This document shows, one piece after another, positions 7,662 through 12,222 of a stretch of 12,222 nucleotides of DNA (positions within the stretch are counted from its first letter, which is position 1; every line of letters begins with the position of its first letter). A model generated the notes under the pieces. The model was not told the DNA's origin. It made no database searches and worked only from the letters and a program-made list of their open reading frames with translations. A program made the position numbers and the translations under genes. Source of the stretch: Terrimicrobiaceae bacterium (lineage in GTDB: Bacteria; Verrucomicrobiota; Verrucomicrobiia; Chthoniobacterales; Terrimicrobiaceae); NCBI GenBank assembly GCA_041752695.1, contig JBGSVZ010000094.1, positions 1-12,222 on the forward strand. The letters are read 5' to 3'.

Positions 7662-9134
7662 TCAGACAGTTAAGTTTTCGAAGCGTCCGGCTTTTTCGTC
7701 CCATTCGGCCGAAGCCTTCGGCTCGAAGACTTCCGGTTCGAAGGACGCACGGATGATGGCGCGGCCTTCTTCCAGCGAGGCAATTTCCCCGGTGGCCATA
7801 AGCTGGGCCAGGATGTTGCCCGCCGCGGTGGCCTCGACGGGCCCGGCCACAACGCGCAGGCCGGTGGCGTCGGCTGTCATTTGATTGAGCAGAGCGTTCT
7901 GCGATCCTCCGCCCACAATGTGGAGGGTGTCGGGCAGATCCGGCATCCAGGTTCGCAGCTGGAAAACGAGGCCGCGGTAGCGCAGGGCGAGGCTTTCGAG
8001 GATGGCGCGGGTGAATTCTCCGGGGGAGGACGGTGCGGCCTGACCGGTCTTTGCCGCGTAAGCGGTGATGGCGGCGGGCATGTCGCAGGGTTTGGCAAAG
8101 TCCTCGGCGTCGGGATTGAGCAGGAGCGGGGCGGCAACTTCGCGGGCGGCCTGGACAAGGTCTTTGTAGTCCACCGACTGGCCTGCCGCATCCCAGGTGC
8201 GCTTGCATTCCTGGAGGAGCCACATGCCGGCCACGTTTTTGAGAAACCGCGTGGTGTCGTTGAGGCCCTGTTCGTTGGAAAAGCCGACGCGATAGGTTTC
8301 CTCCGTGACCATGGGAGCGTTCAGTTCTCGGCCAATCAACGACCAGGTGCCGGAACTTAGGAAAAGGGGCTGCGCCGTCTCCGCGGGCACGCCCGCCACT
8401 GCCGAGGCCGTGTCGTGACTCCCGCACGTGGCCACCTTTATATCTCCGCAGCCGGTTTCCTCCCGGACGGAGGGCAACAGGCTGCCAATGGTCCGGCCCG
8501 GATCCGTGGTGGGGCGCAGCAGTTTTGCGGGCAGGCCCAATTTTTCCGCGAGTGCCTGATCCCACTCGCCGCTGCCAGCCTTGAGCAATTGCGATGTACT
8601 GGCGATGGTACGCTCGACGACCCGCTCGCCGCTCAGCCAGTAGGTGAGCAGGTCGGGCATGAAAAGCAACTGATCCGCCGCATCCATCGCTCCGGGATTG
8701 CTCCGCGACTCCGCCAGGAGTTGAAAAAGCGTGTTGAAAAACATGAACTGGATGCCGGTGCGTTGGTAGATCTCCTGACGCGGAAGGATTTTCCCGGCTT
8801 CCTCCATCATGCCATCCGTGCGGCTGTCCCGATACATCCACGGCAGCCCGAGCAGCCGGCCCTGCGGATCGATCAGCCCATAATCGACGCCCCAGGTATC
8901 CACCGCGAGAGAGGTGAGGGCGGTGCCATGACGCTTCCGCGCTTCCGCGAGGCCGCGTTTGATTTCCGTGTAAATCTGCAGCACGTTCCAATGCCAGCCG
9001 CTGGGAAGCCGTACGCCCTCGCTGGTGAAACGGTGGATCTCCTCAATGCGGAGTTTTTTCCCGTCAAAGTGGCCGGCCATCACCCGGCCGCTGCCGGCTC
9101 CGAGATCGATGGCGAGATGGGTGGTGGTGGACAT
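7662..9134 (-). CDS. rhaB: Rhamnulokinase-like FGGY-family kinase (L-rhamnulose/L-fuculose kinase), 490 aa
   Basis: LAIDLGAGSGRV, EEIHRF, VDTWGVDYGLID, YRDSRTDG, TGIQFMFFNTLFQL, LFMPDLLTYWLSG, ERTIASTSQL, SHDTASAVAGVP, FLSSGTWSLIG, FSNEQG..RFLKNVAGMWLLQE, IVGGGSQN, GPVEATAAGN. ATG at 9134; the track start at 9269 overlaps the deoR-family gene. Confidence 0.93.
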   Translation of the reverse strand: MSTTTHLAIDLGAGSGRVMAGHFDGKKLRIEEIHRFTSEGVRLPSGWHWNVLQIYTEIKRGLAEARKRHGTALTSLAVDTWGVDYGLIDPQGRLLGLPWMYRDSRTDGMMEEAGKILPRQEIYQRTGIQFMFFNTLFQLLAESRSNPGAMDAADQLLFMPDLLTYWLSGERVVERTIASTSQLLKAGSGEWDQALAEKLGLPAKLLRPTTDPGRTIGSLLPSVREETGCGDIKVATCGSHDTASAVAGVPAETAQPLFLSSGTWSLIGRELNAPMVTEETYRVGFSNEQGLNDTTRFLKNVAGMWLLQECKRTWDAAGQSVDYKDLVQAAREVAAPLLLNPDAEDFAKPCDMPAAITAYAAKTGQAAPSSPGEFTRAILESLALRYRGLVFQLRTWMPDLPDTLHIVGGGSQNALLNQMTADATGLRVVAGPVEATAAGNILAQLMATGEIASLEEGRAIIRASFEPEVFEPKASAEWDEKAGRFENLTV

Positions 9135-9156
9135 GGAAATAACTAAGGGGAGATCA

Positions 9157-9924
9157 CTAATGTTTGGCCGCGACTTCGATGCGGACGCCATGGGCCGCCA
9201 TCGCGGTTTTGAAGGGCTGGGCCGGGGCGCGGTTGGTGATCCAGAGATCAATGTCCGCGGTTTTGGCAAAATAGTAACTTGAACTCATGCCGGCTTTGGA
9301 AGAATCGGCCAGCAGACAGACTTCCTCCGCCCGGGCGACAACCTGCCGCTTGAGGCGGGCCTGTTCCTCGGTGGCCTCACTGGGGCCGCGTTCGGCATCC
9401 AGCCCGCGACAGGAAATGTAGGCTGCATCAATGCGAAAAAGATCGAGCATTTGCTCGGCCGGCCAGCCGGTGCAGGACTGAGAATTGGACATGAGCGTTC
9501 CCCCAAGGAGCGTGACATGAACCGAAGGCTTTTCCACCAGGGCGAGCGCGGTCTGCAGGGCATTGGTCAGGACTGTAAGCGGCTGGTCGGGCAAAAGTTT
9601 GGCCACCTGCAGGGCGGTGGTGCTGGCATCAAAAAGAACGGTCTGGCCGGGCTTGATCCGCGCCACCGCCGCCCGCGCAATCTGGAGTTTTTCGGCCGCA
9701 TTTTGTTCGACGCGCTCCGTGGCGGGAAATTCCCGTCGCAGGGTTTCCAGCTTCACCGCGCCGCCATGGGACCGGAGCAAGGCGCCCTCCGCTTCGAGCT
9801 TTTCGAAGTCCCGCCGGACGGTTTCCTCCGTGACTCCGAGCGTCCGGGCCGCGTCCGCCGTGCGCACGCCCCCCTGCTCGTTGAGCAGATCGATCAGACG
9901 GCGGTGGCGTTCAAGGGCTAACAT
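9157..9924 (-). CDS. DeoR/GlpR-family transcriptional regulator (FucR-like), 255 aa
   Basis: MLALERHRRLIDLL..LGVTEETVRRDFEKLEAEGALLRSHGGA (DeoR HTH) and sugar-phosphate domain EKLQIARAA..LFDASTTA..TVLTNA..LGG..ISCRGLD..LADSSK..ITN. ATG at 9924. Confidence 0.93.
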   Translation of the reverse strand: MLALERHRRLIDLLNEQGGVRTADAARTLGVTEETVRRDFEKLEAEGALLRSHGGAVKLETLRREFPATERVEQNAAEKLQIARAAVARIKPGQTVLFDASTTALQVAKLLPDQPLTVLTNALQTALALVEKPSVHVTLLGGTLMSNSQSCTGWPAEQMLDLFRIDAAYISCRGLDAERGPSEATEEQARLKRQVVARAEEVCLLADSSKAGMSSSYYFAKTADIDLWITNRAPAQPFKTAMAAHGVRIEVAAKH

Positions 9925-10050
9925 GACGGGGAAATTTCGGATGTGGATTTGAATTTGAATGATTTTGCTTGCAGAAAGCAATAAAAAGAATTCAAAAATA
10001 AACGCAGAAAAACGCAGATCAGTTTCCAACCCCTCACTCTTCTTCTAATT
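9925..10050. promoter_or_regulatory. AT-rich divergent promoter between the deoR-family run and the aldolase/dehydrogenase fusion, with candidate operators
   Basis: 126 bp. Direct repeat AACGCAGA at 10001 and 10011 (10-bp period). Palindrome TTGCTT-GCAGA-AAGCAA at 9965-9981. Outer inverted pair TTTGAATT (9948-9955) and AATTCAAA (9989-9996). Confidence 0.6.
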
Positions 10051-12222
10051 ATGTCCTATCAATTCGTCACTTTTTCCTGGGATGACACCCACGCCGCGTC
10101 CCTCGATCCTGTTGATCTCCTCGTTTATCGCTCGAACATTCTCGGGGCCGATCAGCGCATCACCAACACCGGCGGCGGCAACACCTCGTCGAAGATCCTC
10201 GAGAAGGATCCCCTCACCGGTCAAGACACGGAAGTTCTTTGGGTGAAGGGTTCAGGGGGCGATCTGCGCACCTCGAAGAAGGAAAATTTTTCTTCCCTCT
10301 ATCAGGACAAGCTGGTCGACCTGCAGCGTGTGTACGCCGCACGGGCTGACAAAGGCCTGAAAACCCAGGCGGAGGACGACATGGTCGGCATGTATCCGCA
10401 CACAACCTTCAACCTCAATCCGAGGCCCTCTTCCATCGACACCCCGCTGCACAGCTTCCTGCCGGGCAAACACGTCGATCACATGCACCCGAACGCGATC
10501 ATTTCCATCGCTGCCAGCGCGCGCTGCGAGGAACTGACGAAGGAAATTTTCGGAGGCGAAATGGCCTATGTCGGCTGGATGCGCCCTGGCTTCGAGCTGG
10601 GTCTGGCCATGCAGGAAATTTCCCGAGCCAACCCCAAGCTGAAGGCCATCATGATGGGTCAGCACGGGTTTATCTCGTGGGACGACGACGCCAAGGCCTG
10701 TTACACCCTCACGCTCGACCTCATCGAAAAAGCCTCCGCCTTTATCGAGAAAAAATATGCAGCCAAGGGCGGTGACGCCGCGGCCTTCGGGGGCGCGAAA
10801 TACCAGACCCGCGACGACCGCCACGCCGTGCTCGCGCAAATCCTCCCGTGGTTGCGCGGACAGATCTCGCAGCAGAAACGCTTCATCGGCACCGTGCAGG
10901 ACGACGAGAAAATTCTCCGCTTCGTCAACAGTGCCGATGCCTCCCGCCTCGCCGAACTCGGCACCTCTTGCCCGGACCATTTCCTGCGCACTAAAATCAA
11001 GCCCCTCTACGTGGATTGGAATCCGCAGACCGAGGACGTCGCCGCGCTCAAAGCCAAACTCGCCGCCGGGATGGAAAAATACCGCGCCGACTACGCCGAA
11101 TATTATCACCGCTGCAAACACGCCAACTCGCCCGCGATGAGGGACCCAAATCCCACCGTTGTGCTTATTCCCGGTCTCGGGATGGTGGCGTGGGGCAAGG
11201 ACAAGAGCGAATCGCGTGTCACCGCCGAGTTTTATAACTGCGCGGTTGAAGTCATGCGTGGAGCCGAGGCCATCGACCAATACGTCGCCCTCCCGCAGCA
11301 GGAAGCGTTCGACATCGAATATTGGCTCCTCGAGGAAGCGAAACTCCAGCGCATGCCGGCCGAGAAGGAACTGGCGCGGCAGGTCCATGTCGTGATCGGC
11401 GCGGGCAGCGGCATCGGCAAGGAAGTCGCCCACCGCCTCGTTAAGGAAGGCGCGCACATCGTCTGCGTGGATCTCAACAAGGACGCCGCCGAGGCCACCG
11501 CGAAAGAAATCATTGCTAAATATGGTGCCGGCATTGGCGTCGCAGGCAGTGGTATTAGCGATTGCGGACCGGCTATCGGCCTGAGTGCCAATATTACAGA
11601 CCGCACCAGTATCCGCGCCGCGCTTGACCAGGTTGCGTTGGCTTATGGCGGGTTCGACTCCATCGAAGTGACCGCCGGAATTTTTGTCCCCAGCGACACC
11701 ACCGGACACATCCCCGACGAAAAGTGGGCACTCACATTTAACATCAACGTCACCGGCAGTTACCTCGTCGCCGACGAAGCCTATAAATCCTGGAAAGAAC
11801 AGGGTCTCAGAGGCAGCCTCGTCCTCACCACCAGCGCCAATGCTGCCGTGGCCAAAAAGGGCAGCCTCGCTTATGACACCAGCAAGGCTGCGGCGAATCA
11901 TTTGGTGCGTGAACTCGCCATGGAACTGGCCCCGCTCGTCCGCGTCAACGGCGTCGCCCCGGCGACCGTCGTGCAAGGCAGCGCCATGTTCCCGCGTGAT
12001 CGCGTGATCGGTTCGCTGGCAAAATACGCCATTCCCTACACCGACGACGAAGCGACCGAATCCCTCGTGACCAAACTCGCGCAGTTCTACGCCGACCGCA
12101 CTCTGACCAAGGCCCCGATCACGCCGGCCGACCAGGCGGAAGCCTACTTCCTGCTGGTCACCAGCCGCCTGAGCAAGACGACCGGCCAGGTCATCACCGT
12201 CGACGGCGGCCTGCACGAGGCC
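10051..12222 (+). CDS. rhaEW: Bifunctional rhamnulose-1-phosphate aldolase / short-chain dehydrogenase (RhaEW type), at least 724 aa, stop beyond the window
   Basis: Manual translation from ATG at 10051: MSYQFVTFSWDD..LVYRSNILGADQRITNTGGGNTSSK..LWVKGSGGDL..SSIDTPLHSF..HVDHMHPNA..QHG..GTSCPDHFLRTKIKPL..RDPNPTVVLIPGLGM..AFDIEYWLLEEAKLQRMP, followed by an SDR domain VIGAGSGIG..VDLN..SAN..YDTSKAA..VRVNGVAP..TTGQVITVDGGLHEA, in frame to the last base. Absent from the ORF track, presumably because the stop is outside the window. Confidence 0.95.
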   Translation, partial: MSYQFVTFSWDDTHAASLDPVDLLVYRSNILGADQRITNTGGGNTSSKILEKDPLTGQDTEVLWVKGSGGDLRTSKKENFSSLYQDKLVDLQRVYAARADKGLKTQAEDDMVGMYPHTTFNLNPRPSSIDTPLHSFLPGKHVDHMHPNAIISIAASARCEELTKEIFGGEMAYVGWMRPGFELGLAMQEISRANPKLKAIMMGQHGFISWDDDAKACYTLTLDLIEKASAFIEKKYAAKGGDAAAFGGAKYQTRDDRHAVLAQILPWLRGQISQQKRFIGTVQDDEKILRFVNSADASRLAELGTSCPDHFLRTKIKPLYVDWNPQTEDVAALKAKLAAGMEKYRADYAEYYHRCKHANSPAMRDPNPTVVLIPGLGMVAWGKDKSESRVTAEFYNCAVEVMRGAEAIDQYVALPQQEAFDIEYWLLEEAKLQRMPAEKELARQVHVVIGAGSGIGKEVAHRLVKEGAHIVCVDLNKDAAEATAKEIIAKYGAGIGVAGSGISDCGPAIGLSANITDRTSIRAALDQVALAYGGFDSIEVTAGIFVPSDTTGHIPDEKWALTFNINVTGSYLVADEAYKSWKEQGLRGSLVLTTSANAAVAKKGSLAYDTSKAAANHLVRELAMELAPLVRVNGVAPATVVQGSAMFPRDRVIGSLAKYAIPYTDDEATESLVTKLAQFYADRTLTKAPITPADQAEAYFLLVTSRLSKTTGQVITVDGGLHEA

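Noticed and set aside
7564..8991. 475-aa minus-strand ORF in an alternative frame of the kinase
   Set aside because: Arg/Gly/Pro-rich off-frame translation with no motifs. The kinase frame is intact, so no frameshift is implied.
9141..9160. ACTAA-N10-ACTAA near the deoR-kinase junction as a second copy of the CACTAA element
   Set aside because: Only two partial units, wrong spacing, and one overlaps the stop codon. Likely chance.
6854..10029. N-terminal extensions in the ORF track (fucI from 6973, kinase from 9269, deoR from 10029)
   Set aside because: They overlap neighbouring genes or the promoter. Family homology begins at the ATGs at 6853, 9134 and 9924.
10252..12216. 654-aa minus-strand ORF
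   Set aside because: Antisense shadow of the plus-strand aldolase/SDR fusion, which has clear family motifs. The shadow has no recognisable domain.

Overview
GC-rich bacterial DNA. The gene set and start codons that lack Shine-Dalgarno (SD) motifs suggest Verrucomicrobia/PVC, which is an inference. The window holds a combined L-rhamnose/L-fucose catabolic locus. Left to right: a MoxR AAA+ ATPase (-, runs off the window start, not in the ORF track), a 75-aa hypothetical protein (-), rhaA (-), a divergent AraC regulator resembling Bacteroides RhaR (+), a minus-strand run transcribed deoR-family regulator > rhaB-like kinase > class II aldolase > fucI > Mqo-family flavoprotein, and a divergent fused aldolase/short-chain dehydrogenase of the RhaEW type (+, 10051 to the window end, also not in the ORF track). 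The most interesting signal is the Mqo-family enzyme with atypical motifs at the end of the deoxy-sugar run, which may oxidise L-lactate rather than malate. Also notable are a 112-bp inverted-repeat element built from 10-bp-phased CACTAA units, a GTAG-type REP-like hairpin, and candidate operators in both divergent promoters. No RNA genes, CRISPR arrays or transposases were seen.
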